From a virus (taxonomy: Duplodnaviria; Caudoviricetes): a stretch of DNA of 64,000 nucleotides. The notes under the pieces are model-generated. The model did no database searches. It was not told the origin of the DNA and worked only from the letters and a program-made list of their open reading frames with translations. Location of the stretch: positions 1 through 64,000 of IMG/VR virus record IMGVR_UViG_3300021400_000131; one strand, 5' to 3'. Positions within the stretch are counted from its first letter, which is position 1. Every line of letters starts with the position of its first letter. Positions 18,824 to 27,201 of this stretch are shown here, piece after piece. A program made the position numbers and the translations under genes.

Positions 18824-18986
18824 TTGATACCTCGATTCCGTTAAGCTCTGCCCATGCCCTCTGCCATGCAAGCTCGCTCTGGTACTCGATGGTCCCGCAC
18901 AGCCCGATGAGTGCGAGCATGAGCACGATGATTACTCCAAGGATGATTCGGTCCGTGCGGCTGAGGCCCGAAGCTTCTCCTGCCAC
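18810..18986 (-). CDS. small single-pass membrane protein
   Basis: IILGVIIVLMLALIGLC; start codon uncertain. Confidence 0.5.
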   Translation of the reverse strand: MAGEASGLSRTDRIILGVIIVLMLALIGLCGTIEYQSELAWQRAWAELNGIEVSNEAG

Positions 18987-19240
18987 GTAACCCAATCGCT
19001 CTCCCTGATGCGGCGGTATCGCTCCCCGCCGTTGGGCGCGGTGGCTATCAGCTCTCCGCGTCGGATGGCGGCGTTGATGGTTGACTTGGGCCACCCGGTC
19101 ATCTTGACTAGCTCGGCCACGGTGTAGCTGCGTTCGAGGCAGGTGATGCTCGCGTACAGCTCGCGTGCAACGTCCGTCCTCGTGTACGACACGCCGTTGA
19201 CCGTGATGATCTCGGGATGCCACACGTCCTTCTCTTCCAT
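18932..19240 (-). CDS. excisionase-like HTH protein
   Basis: YTVAELVKMTGWPKSTINAAIRRGEL...RRIRESD. Confidence 0.7.
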   Translation of the reverse strand: MEEKDVWHPEIITVNGVSYTRTDVARELYASITCLERSYTVAELVKMTGWPKSTINAAIRRGELIATAPNGGERYRRIRESDWVTWQEKLRASAARTESSLE

Positions 19241-19813
19241 GCATGTTCACCCCTCCCGTGTTGTAAGATGGGTGCCGTCTCGGCCTGCACAAGTTGAGAC
19301 GGCACCAAGTTGAGGCTCCTCACCAGTTGCCGCTGATGGGGGGCCGTGGTTTTTGTTGCTGTTAGTCTTTTCCTGCCAATGCTCTGAACCCTTGAGGGGT
19401 CAGCCGCGCCAGTACCCAAGTCGGACGCAGCCCCCTTGCTGGTTACTAACCCTTAGCATGGCAGCTTCGGTAGTGCTCTTTGCTTGTGACCATCGCAAGG
19501 AAGTCAATCCGTCGAGCGCACGCGCTAACACATGCGTGCGTCCAAGCCTCTGCTTTACGGCTGCAATAGGGTTATGCCTTGTGTGCAGTCAACCTCAGAC
19601 ACGGGAAGCGTCGGGCATTGCGTGGTGCTGGACTAGGCCCAGCGGTGAATCGGCTCCGGCAGGTTGCCGTATGCAGGACTAAACCGAAAGGAGGGATTTA
19701 GGTGATTTGCAACCTTTCGACGGCACATCCGAAGTGTGGGACGGGGAAGGCCGAAGTGAGCCGACTCATCGACGGGTCTAGGTGTCCCTCCCCGCGAAGG
19801 GGAGGGGTTGATG

Positions 19814-20038
19814 CTAGTCGGATGGGGTTACGTCAAGCAGCTCGCTGACCGAGCAGTTGAAGAGTTTCGACATCTCAACCGCATCGAAGATGCTGAAGTC
19901 CGTCTTGCCGCTGAGCTTCACGTAGAAGGTCGACCTGCTCATGCCGATGCTCTCGGCAACAGCCTCTTTCTTGACGTTGTTCCTCTGGCAGTAGTCATCA
20001 ACCCAAGCGTTGATGTTATTGACCATCTGTTCTCTCAT
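19814..20038 (-). CDS. Cro-like HTH regulator
   Basis: VAESIGMSRSTFYVKLSGKTDFS; divergent from the repressor. Confidence 0.8.
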   Translation of the reverse strand: MREQMVNNINAWVDDYCQRNNVKKEAVAESIGMSRSTFYVKLSGKTDFSIFDAVEMSKLFNCSVSELLDVTPSD

Positions 20039-20056
20039 CGTCGTACCTCTCCAAAT

Positions 20057-20151
20057 AGTACCGATTTCAGGACTCGGCGAATTAGATTATTGCGTACTGA
20101 GTTCGGTGCTGCAATACTTGTTCCAGCAGTTTTTGTATTGATTTCTGGACT
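20057..20151. promoter_or_regulatory. three pseudo-palindromic operators of the genetic switch
   Basis: AGTACCGATTTCAGGACT (20057), CGTACTGAGTTCGGTGCT (20093), TGTATTGATTTCTGGACT (20134) between divergent HTH genes. Confidence 0.65.
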
Positions 20152-20166
20152 GGGCGGAGGTAGATC

Positions 20167-20418
20167 ATGGAGTATTCGGACATACTGCGTTACTACCTCA
20201 AGAAGTGCAACATCACACAAGCTGAACTCGCTAGGAGAATTGGCGGTACGTCTAGGTCGACCATTGGCGAGCTGATGAGCGGGAGGTCCAAGACGCCATC
20301 AGTCTATAAGGCGAAAGCCATTGCCGAGGCTCTTGGCGTGTCGCTTGACGAGATGATAGACATGCTCGTGCATGACACTGTTCCAGATGTGGAGCCGAAG
20401 CGCTCGGACAAAGAATAA
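20167..20418 (+). CDS. CI-like XRE repressor
   Basis: ITQAELARRIGGTSRSTIGELMSGRSKTP; GGAGG RBS. Confidence 0.8.
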   Translation: MEYSDILRYYLKKCNITQAELARRIGGTSRSTIGELMSGRSKTPSVYKAKAIAEALGVSLDEMIDMLVHDTVPDVEPKRSDKE

Positions 20419-20550
20419 TTCAAATGAAAGTAAAAACGCATCAAACCCCCGTGGACAGACGAGGGCTTGAAGGGGGCTACACCACCACTTACACGAAAGG
20501 CGGGTGGCAAGCTACGGCACGCACGAAGCGCACTGAGGAGATGTTAGCAC

Positions 20551-21711
20551 ATGGCTAAGAAGCGACTGAGGGACGAGTGGGGTTCGATCACCGAGGTTGA
20601 CCGCAACGAGAGGTACCGCATCCGCTATTGGGGCAAGGATGAGAGCGGCACCTATCGACGCATGACCTGCACTGTCCGTGGTACGCGACGGAACGCGGAA
20701 CGCAAGCGGGCTGAACTGATGCTCGAACACAGCGAGGAAGCGCAATGCGTCACCGTCGATTACGTCTGGAAGCACTGGTACCTTCCGACTCTTGAGCGGC
20801 GCTGCAAAGACGGCGAGATGTCCGACAAGACCGTGAGCCAGTACAAGAGCCGCTACGGCTCCGCAATATCCGAGAGGTGGGGGCAGGTGCCGTGTGACGG
20901 AATCAGGCCACTTGACGTGCAGCAGTGGCTCGACGGCATCAGCTACACCAAGGCGAGCCAGTCGCTCAACATGCTCAGGCCAATGCTCGACTACGCCGTT
21001 AGATATGGCGAGATACCTTCCAACCCGTTCAGGGAGCGCTATCTGCTTCCGTCGAAGTCAACGGTCAAGCGCATGGACGATGGCGTATGGAAGCTCGGCG
21101 AGCTGAACCAAGTGTGGGAGCATGTGCGCGGAGAGTGGTTCGAGGGTGCCTTCATATGTGCGGCGTTTGGCGGGTGCCGTGTGGGCGAGTCGATTGGCGT
21201 CCAGGTAGGCGACATAAATCGCCTTGACGTTGACGGCCTATGTGTTGCGGTTGTCAGGGTCGAGCGTCAGGTGAAGAACGCTGGTGGCGTTTCCGAACAG
21301 TTGAAGAACCCGCAAAGCAGGAGGCCAATCGTCATTGTCGGCAAGCCAGCGGAGCGCCTGTGCGAGATTGCCGAAAGCGCATCGATCTGGGTTACTGGCG
21401 ACGGCTTCGGTGGGCCAACGACACAGTTGAGGCTTGGAACATCATGGAAGCAGATGGCAGACCGATTGCCAGATGGGATGTGGCACCCGTTCAGGAACCT
21501 CAGAAACAGCTACCAGACGTTCATGCGCTGGGAGGTTGGACTTGCCCCGTACTACATCGAGGAGCTGCTTGGTCACAAGGGAACGACGGTCACCGACAAG
21601 CACTATGACAGGCCGGACGAGAGCGCCATCGTTGGCGTCACCGTGGCGGCATGGGAGGCGTACCTAAAGGCTTTGCGGGCGCACGGAAAAGCACCCTTCG
21701 ATGCACGTTAA
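20551..21711 (+). CDS. int: tyrosine integrase
   Basis: Catalytic pattern GCRVGE, LKN, FRNLRNS (H replaced), LLGH, HY; N-terminal arm-binding region. Confidence 0.9.
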   Translation: MAKKRLRDEWGSITEVDRNERYRIRYWGKDESGTYRRMTCTVRGTRRNAERKRAELMLEHSEEAQCVTVDYVWKHWYLPTLERRCKDGEMSDKTVSQYKSRYGSAISERWGQVPCDGIRPLDVQQWLDGISYTKASQSLNMLRPMLDYAVRYGEIPSNPFRERYLLPSKSTVKRMDDGVWKLGELNQVWEHVRGEWFEGAFICAAFGGCRVGESIGVQVGDINRLDVDGLCVAVVRVERQVKNAGGVSEQLKNPQSRRPIVIVGKPAERLCEIAESASIWVTGDGFGGPTTQLRLGTSWKQMADRLPDGMWHPFRNLRNSYQTFMRWEVGLAPYYIEELLGHKGTTVTDKHYDRPDESAIVGVTVAAWEAYLKALRAHGKAPFDAR

Positions 21712-21720
21712 CGCTCGTCT

Positions 21721-21910
21721 GGGATATTTTGGGATACGACAACCTTATACAGCTATCATGACCTGCTGTTCTTTTGTAACTAAGTACACGTTCCCGAACT
21801 ATCAGATATGGTCTGCAAGAACAGCTTAGTCAATCTACGAGCAGTTATTCATCGTATAAGGTTGCTGTGGATGCCATGAATCAAGAAATAGGGATACGAT
21901 AGGGATACGG
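21721..21910. other. putative attP
   Basis: Paired GGGATA(C) arm repeats on both sides; nested inverted repeats of 11 bp (21740/21854) and 9 bp (21765/21817); AT-rich; immediately after int. Confidence 0.6.
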
Positions 21911-21961
21911 CATTTGTTTAATGTTTTATGTATGTTCACAGGTGCCGCACAACTCGTCGCA

Positions 21962-22001
21962 ATAAAAAAGCAAGCACCCCCACCACGTCTGGCAGGGGTG
22001 C
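21962..22001 (-). terminator. intrinsic terminator
   Basis: GCACCCC...GGGGTGC-ttgc-TTTTTT. Confidence 0.6.
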
Positions 22002-22210
22002 CACTAGTGGGCGCGTCTATAGCCACGCCCGTGTGACTGTTTCAGTCGGGCCGTCACCGCCGCTCTACTTTTCTGGGCAAAGTAGCCAAGCCCGCCATTT
22101 TCCGTATGGGGATGGCTCCCCTGGCAACGCGGCTCTCCGTGTGGGAGCTACCCGAACGGACTGCCACGCTAGGCAACGCTGCATGCGTGCGCCGCCATCA
22201 CTGATGCCAT
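21965..22210 (-). ncRNA. candidate structured ncRNA
   Basis: Extended -10 TGGTACAAT, several hairpins, own terminator, only very short minus-strand ORFs. Confidence 0.35.
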
Positions 22211-22225
22211 TGTACCACCGAACGC

Positions 22226-22258
22226 AAAAATCCCCCGCCCCCATTGCGGGGACGGGGC
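22226..22258 (-). terminator. intrinsic terminator after the cassette array
   Basis: CCCCGTCCCC-loop-GGGGCGGGG-ATTTTT. Confidence 0.55.
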
Positions 22259-22271
22259 AGCTTGCCGCAGC

Positions 22272-22909
22272 CTACGACACGAAAGTAATGCCAACCAAAG
22301 CAAAGGGGGCGCCAGTTTCATCCGGTGACGGAATCTCGCTTGGCGTCGGAATCGTGAACCCCATCCAATGCTTGTTCTCGCCGACGTAGTACTGCACGCC
22401 ATCGACTCCCCTGTACAGGCGAAGAGGGTAGTCTCCTGACCACAAGGAGGACTTGAAGCCTACCATCAACGACGCGCCCTCTTGCTGTAGGCTGGAATTG
22501 GACGAGTCGAGGCCAATGACCATATAAAGCCCAGCGCGGAGCTGGGGACCAGGACTTGGGCTGCCGTCCACCCTGAGCAGTGGCGCAGTGGAGAGGGTTT
22601 CTGCGCTGTCATAGTCGCTGTCGAGCGTGATGGGGCTGTCGTAGATGCGCCACGTGTCCATTGGTATGGTGCCAGACCCGGTGACGATGAAAGCTACGCT
22701 CTCGTTCGGAAGGTCGCTACCGCCACCCCCACCACCCCGCCGATGTTCGGTGCGAGGTTCCTAATGGCCTCGGCGATGGTCCCACCATGAGCCTCGCCAC
22801 CAAGGGCTACGGTCACGGCATCCACCGCCTCGGCAATGGTCTTTGGAGCGTCACCGTCATAGCCATTTGCCTCGGCAATGGCGGCAAGCTCTTTCTTCTT
22901 CGTAGCCAT
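22272..22909 (-). pseudogene. cassette paralogue A, split by a 1-nt frameshift in the Gly linker
   Basis: MATKK..GYDGD..TIAEA start (22694..22909); poly-Gly linker and C-terminal domain continue in the -1 frame into 22272..22661. Confidence 0.7.
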
Positions 22910-23020
22910 GTGCTACCTACTTTCCGTTTCGCGTTGGTGCGGTGTGGCGTGGTGGCAGGATGCTGCGTACTACTTTCGTAACGTTTATCCTGCCATCTCC
23001 TGTTGTGTTTAGATCACCTG

Positions 23021-23491
23021 TTAGCCAAGGCCGTGTTTCGTTGCTATATTGTTTTTTTCCACGTCGTTGTTGGAGTTGATCCGAATATACGTGATTTGTC
23101 CGCCTTGGCTACCGAGTCCGTAAAAATCCGCATACTGATACTCGCTATACGTGGCAGCATCGCAGAAGTCACTCAACGGCATCAGTTGATAATTCCACAC
23201 GTCATTCGAGCCATCCGTAAGACCAGTAATAAGTGCCCAAACAGGCAGACTTGCACGTACTGCTTCGCCAATCTCAGCAAACGTCTTATCGGCTGTGATG
23301 GTGGTACCGCTTTGAGTGTTAGTCACGGTAATTTTTACGATGAAAAGCTCACCGCCACCGCCACCGCCGCTGCCACCGCCGCCCATGACGGAGCCAAGTG
23401 CATTCACGGCCTCGGCAATGGTGCTGCCGCCATCGCCATCGTAGCCCTGCGCCTCGGCGATGGACATGATTTCTTCCTTGATGGTTGCCAT
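23021..23491 (-). CDS. cassette paralogue B
   Basis: GGAGG RBS; MATIKEEI..GYDGD..TIAEA, GGGGSGGGGGG, variable domain. Confidence 0.8.
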   Translation of the reverse strand: MATIKEEIMSIAEAQGYDGDGGSTIAEAVNALGSVMGGGGSGGGGGGELFIVKITVTNTQSGTTITADKTFAEIGEAVRASLPVWALITGLTDGSNDVWNYQLMPLSDFCDAATYSEYQYADFYGLGSQGGQITYIRINSNNDVEKNNIATKHGLG

Positions 23492-23615
23492 GATGGCCTC
23501 CTGTTCTGTTCGTGCCATCGCCGATTGGCGGTGGCGGTTAGCTTGTTACCTCGTAGTGCCGTGGCCGACGCGCTGCGCGTGGTGGCTGCTGCACTCGTGG
23601 AGTCGGCTGAGACGG

Positions 23616-24074
23616 CTAAGAAAGCATCGTTGACGTGTACTCCTTGTTGCTGCCGCTGGTGCTTGTAGACGTGATTTTCATCCCCTTTAGGGACCAAGCC
23701 CCCATGCCATCGTCCTTTCCGTAGAGGGCATATACATCGACCTTGCAAGCGTCATCTGATACTTCGGATACTCTATAGCTAGTCGTATTCATATAGCTAA
23801 TCCCGTCAGAAGGGATAAAGACACCATCAAGGCTAAAGTAGATAAGAGCGCCCTCGCTGTACAAATCATAGATTTCCTTGTTGGTCTTGTCGGCAATTAT
23901 CGGACCCGTTTCACTAAAACTAAAGGTGACCTTGACCAGCTTGCCGCCGCCGCTGCCACCGCCACCCATGACGGTTCCGAGCGCGTTCACTGCCTCGGCA
24001 ATGGTCTGGGGAGCGTCACCGTCATAGCCATTTGCCTCGGCGATGGCGACGATCTCTTCTTTCTTCGTAGCCAT
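23616..24074 (-). CDS. cassette paralogue C
   Basis: MATKKEEI..GYDGD..TIAEA, GGGGSGGG, variable domain. Confidence 0.8.
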   Translation of the reverse strand: MATKKEEIVAIAEANGYDGDAPQTIAEAVNALGTVMGGGGSGGGKLVKVTFSFSETGPIIADKTNKEIYDLYSEGALIYFSLDGVFIPSDGISYMNTTSYRVSEVSDDACKVDVYALYGKDDGMGAWSLKGMKITSTSTSGSNKEYTSTMLS

Positions 24075-24170
24075 GTGCTACCTACTTTCTGTTTCGCGTT
24101 GGTGCGGTGGGTGGAATAGTTGGTTAGAGAGCTAGGTGGGTGACACATGCCCCGAAGCCGTCCGGGGCGA

Positions 24171-24632
24171 TTAGGAGCCGAGCGTGCCCCTTGCACCCTT
24201 GAAGGTCGTGCCGCTCGGTGCCATTGCAATCAATGACACAGCAACCTCAGTCTTGTTCATTGATGTGGTTATGGTCACAAGGTAGAACTCAAGGACGGTT
24301 ACCATGCTTCCCGCGCTCTTGTCATATGTCATGCCAAAAGAGCCAAGTCTATACACGCAATTGTCATATCCGCTCATGGAGTGGTCGTGGATGACCACGA
24401 CATCGTAGTTGCCCTCGTTGACGTAGGCAACGGCCTCCTCATAGGTCACGTCTGTGGTAAGCACATCGTCACCACCTGTGGCAGTAATGATCATGCCTGC
24501 GCCCCCACCAGAGCCGCCACCGCCAACATAGCCAGCAGCAACCTTGATGGCCTCAGCCGTGGTTCCCGGCATGTCACCTTCATACCCACCCTCGCGGGCA
24601 ATAGCTACAAGCTCTTCCTTCTTAGTGGACAT
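24171..24632 (-). CDS. cassette paralogue D
   Basis: MSTKKEEL..GYEGD..TTAEA, GGGGSGGG, variable domain; AAGGAGG RBS. Confidence 0.8.
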   Translation of the reverse strand: MSTKKEELVAIAREGGYEGDMPGTTAEAIKVAAGYVGGGGSGGGAGMIITATGGDDVLTTDVTYEEAVAYVNEGNYDVVVIHDHSMSGYDNCVYRLGSFGMTYDKSAGSMVTVLEFYLVTITTSMNKTEVAVSLIAMAPSGTTFKGARGTLGS

Positions 24633-24789
24633 TCGCCCTCCTTAGACAGAAAGAGGGCGGGAGAAGATTGCCTTGAGCAACCCCCCCCCCGCACCAACTT
24701 TTCGATTGATACCGGGGCGTTTTCCCACGCCGCCCCATTGGCACGCTTGGTGGTGCCTCACCATTCCCACGTGGGTGGATGGAGTTCCT

Positions 24790-25164
24790 TTACCTGTGAC
24801 CCGCGCAAAGCCTGTCGATGCAGACGGGTCTGCCAAGCGCCCTGCTTGCTGCGGCCACCGCCTCGATGGCATGGCCTTCGACAAGCTGTGCCGCCCACTC
24901 CTCGGTTGGCACCCAAGCGCTCGCGGGAATGCCGGAGCGCAGCCGCCCAAGGAGTCCCCATGACAGCGTGATCGCGTGCGCTATCTCGTGCAGCATCACG
25001 CGGTCGAGGAGCGGCGGCATCACCGACTCGCTGACGCATACCGTCCTCGTCGCTGGGTCAGTGGTGGCGAGCCGTTCGATGCCCGTTCTGTCCGTGAGCC
25101 TAGCGTCTCCTGCTGGCACCCTGACAACCCTCCACACGTCCCCGTTGATGACGAACGGCCTCAT
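24790..25164 (-). CDS. HExxH metallopeptidase-like protein
   Basis: RVMLHEIAHA ... EEWAA. Confidence 0.6.
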   Translation of the reverse strand: MRPFVINGDVWRVVRVPAGDARLTDRTGIERLATTDPATRTVCVSESVMPPLLDRVMLHEIAHAITLSWGLLGRLRSGIPASAWVPTEEWAAQLVEGHAIEAVAAASRALGRPVCIDRLCAGHR

Positions 25165-25358
25165 GCTACATGCCGAGCATCTGCCGCAGCTCGCGCTGCT
25201 GAGTCCCTGCCGTTGACCTTGATGATGCCGTTCACTGGCTGCTGCACGGGCATCGGCTGGGGCTGGTACCCCATAGGAAGCTGCTGCGTGACGCCGTAGC
25301 CCTGCGGGACCGTGACCTGTGGCAGGTACGGGTTGTTCCATGTCGGCGTGTAGGGCAT
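25161..25358 (-). pseudogene. truncated Pro/Gln-rich phage protein
   Basis: P/Q-rich N-terminus then IIKVNGRDSA followed by abrupt junk ending. Confidence 0.45.
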
Positions 25359-25361
25359 TGA

Positions 25362-25532
25362 CTATGCCTTCTCTCTCTCGACGGTTACGACGCGCTCCGT
25401 GTGAAGGCACCGCTCGCACGTCAGCTCGACCGTCCTGACCCCATTGAGGGACCAGTCGGAGTAGAGCAGCATGTACAGCGGTGCGCCGCACTTGGGGCAT
25501 CGGCGCTCCGTTACTATCGACTCGTCCCTCAT
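25362..25532 (-). CDS. small zinc-ribbon protein
   Basis: RCPKCG...TCERC. Confidence 0.55.
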   Translation of the reverse strand: MRDESIVTERRCPKCGAPLYMLLYSDWSLNGVRTVELTCERCLHTERVVTVEREKA

Positions 25533-25656
25533 GGCAGAAGCCCAGCGACGAGCTGTGCCACGGACGAGACGATGTGGAAGATTCCCACGCACGCGAGCAA
25601 GATGAGGGCGAGCATCGCGGCGTCGGCCTCCTCTATGCTCGTGTGCCGACGCCGCC

Positions 25657-26421
25657 TCACTTGACCACCCTGCCGAAGTCGCAGGTGGCAATCGCGGTGT
25701 ACAGGCGCTTCTTGGTGCGTGGCCCGATGTGGGTTGCCCAGACGTATCCGTTGCCGATAACCACGCCGTCGAACGTCCACTGGTCGCCAGCGTCGAAGTG
25801 GGTGACCTTCTTGCCCGTCTTGGTGCTGGGCGCGTCGCGGACGTTGGTGAACTTGTTGAACTCGTACTCGAACGTCATGGGAATCACCTTCGTCGCTGTG
25901 CTTGTGGTGGCAGACGTTGTGCCGTAGCTGACCTTGACCGCCTCTATGGTGCCGTCGCCAGCGCGGTTCGGCTGGCTGTAGCCGTGGGCGCTGTGGTCGA
26001 TGAGGTGGTCCATCACCTGTGCCGCGACCTCTGCCGCAGGGATGCCGTTGACGGTCTTGCCGCCCTCGTAGCGCAGGAGCTTGGTCCAACTGCCCTGACG
26101 GTACGCCGAGCGGGCAATCTCGCCGCCCGTCTGGTCGCCCCTGTTGGGGCCAGTGATGCCGCCGTACTCATCGATGCGTGCGCCACCTTGCATGTTGTTG
26201 CCCAAGTACATCTCCGTGTGACCCTCGCGCCAGAGCACGTCGCCGCGCTGCGGGGACGATAGGCTGCGCTGCACGAAGCCGTTCTCGGCCAGCAGCTCAA
26301 GCTCGTTGCCTGTCCACATATACGAACCATAGGGAAGCACGTCTGCCGCGCGGTAGCACATGCGCACAGCCTCGGAGCAGTCAGCGTCGCCTCCGTGGAT
26401 ATAGACCGTGGCCGTCGCCAT
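25657..26421 (-). CDS. endolysin: NlpC/P60-like peptidase plus SH3b-like domain
   Basis: DCS, RGDVLWREGHTEMYLG; C-terminal NVRDAPST...NGYVW; GGAGG RBS; next to holin. Confidence 0.85.
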   Translation of the reverse strand: MATATVYIHGGDADCSEAVRMCYRAADVLPYGSYMWTGNELELLAENGFVQRSLSSPQRGDVLWREGHTEMYLGNNMQGGARIDEYGGITGPNRGDQTGGEIARSAYRQGSWTKLLRYEGGKTVNGIPAAEVAAQVMDHLIDHSAHGYSQPNRAGDGTIEAVKVSYGTTSATTSTATKVIPMTFEYEFNKFTNVRDAPSTKTGKKVTHFDAGDQWTFDGVVIGNGYVWATHIGPRTKKRLYTAIATCDFGRVVK

Positions 26422-26423
26422 CG

Positions 26424-26636
26424 CTACTCCTCCGTGGGCTTGGCGGTGTAGGTGCTGATGCCCATCACAGCGCACAGGAAGGTGTACACGACCGCGATGG
26501 TGCGGGTCACCTCGTCGGCGTAGGGCCAGCCCCAGATGCCAGCGAGTCCGGCATACAGGACCGACACGGCGGGCATGACCACGGTGACAATGAACTTGAT
26601 GAGGTCGTAGACGTGATTGGGAAGCATGTAGGTCAT
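26424..26636 (-). CDS. holin (Dp-1-like)
   Basis: LPNHVYDLIKFI..VVMPA..LY..LAGIWGWPY; two TM segments. Confidence 0.85.
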   Translation of the reverse strand: MTYMLPNHVYDLIKFIVTVVMPAVSVLYAGLAGIWGWPYADEVTRTIAVVYTFLCAVMGISTYTAKPTEE

Positions 26637-26640
26637 GGTT

Positions 26641-27087
26641 CTACTCCTTCTTCTGGTGCTCTCGGTCAGGCAGGTCCATGACCTGTTTGACCAACTGCTC
26701 GACGAAGTGGTTCTTGATGCCGTGCTTGGCGCATATGTCGCAGTAGACCTCGTACTCGGCCCAAAGGCTGTCCTTCTCCTCGGTGGACGCGCACTTGAGG
26801 TCATCCATGTAGCGGTGAATCTTGTGCGTGATGTCGGAGCGCATCTGCGTGCACTGCGCCTCTAGCACGGACTCGATCTTGGTGTCCTGGCAGTTCATGC
26901 GCTTGTCGATGTCCTCGCGCCACTCGGCCTCTGCCTTGCGCTTGGCGTCGGTGGCCTCCTTGTCCTTGTCCATGCGCTCTGAAATCTTGCGCTGGCCCAG
27001 GTTGACCATCGCCTGACCGAAGCAGATGAGGATTGATGCCACGATGGGCGCTGCCCATCCGATGAGTCTGGATAGCTGTGCGTCCAT
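26641..27087 (-). CDS. membrane-anchored lysis-module protein
   Basis: N-terminal TM helix then coiled coil; upstream of holin. Confidence 0.65.
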   Translation of the reverse strand: MDAQLSRLIGWAAPIVASILICFGQAMVNLGQRKISERMDKDKEATDAKRKAEAEWREDIDKRMNCQDTKIESVLEAQCTQMRSDITHKIHRYMDDLKCASTEEKDSLWAEYEVYCDICAKHGIKNHFVEQLVKQVMDLPDREHQKKE

Positions 27088-27111
27088 GCGCGGTTTTCTC
27101 CTTGGGTAATG

Positions 27112-27139
27112 AAAAAGGCCACCCAGACGGATGGCCTTC
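27112..27139 (-). terminator. intrinsic terminator
   Basis: AAGGCCA-loop-TGGCC-TTTTT. Confidence 0.55.
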
Positions 27140-27201
27140 GTAGCTGTTTAGACAACTGTGCTACAGGTAACACTATAGCATTCTTGCTTTAATTTGTCCA
27201 C

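Noticed and set aside
21928-22389. Plus-strand 153-aa ORF
   Set aside because: No SD, no coherent composition, crosses two minus-strand terminators
22272-24632. DGR or shufflon as the diversification mechanism
   Set aside because: No reverse transcriptase or adenine-variant template repeat seen; all cassettes co-oriented; the only recombinase looks like the phage integrase
25529-25615. 28-aa hydrophobic ORF after the endolysin (spanin-like?)
   Set aside because: Too short to support; no lipobox; kept only as a possibility
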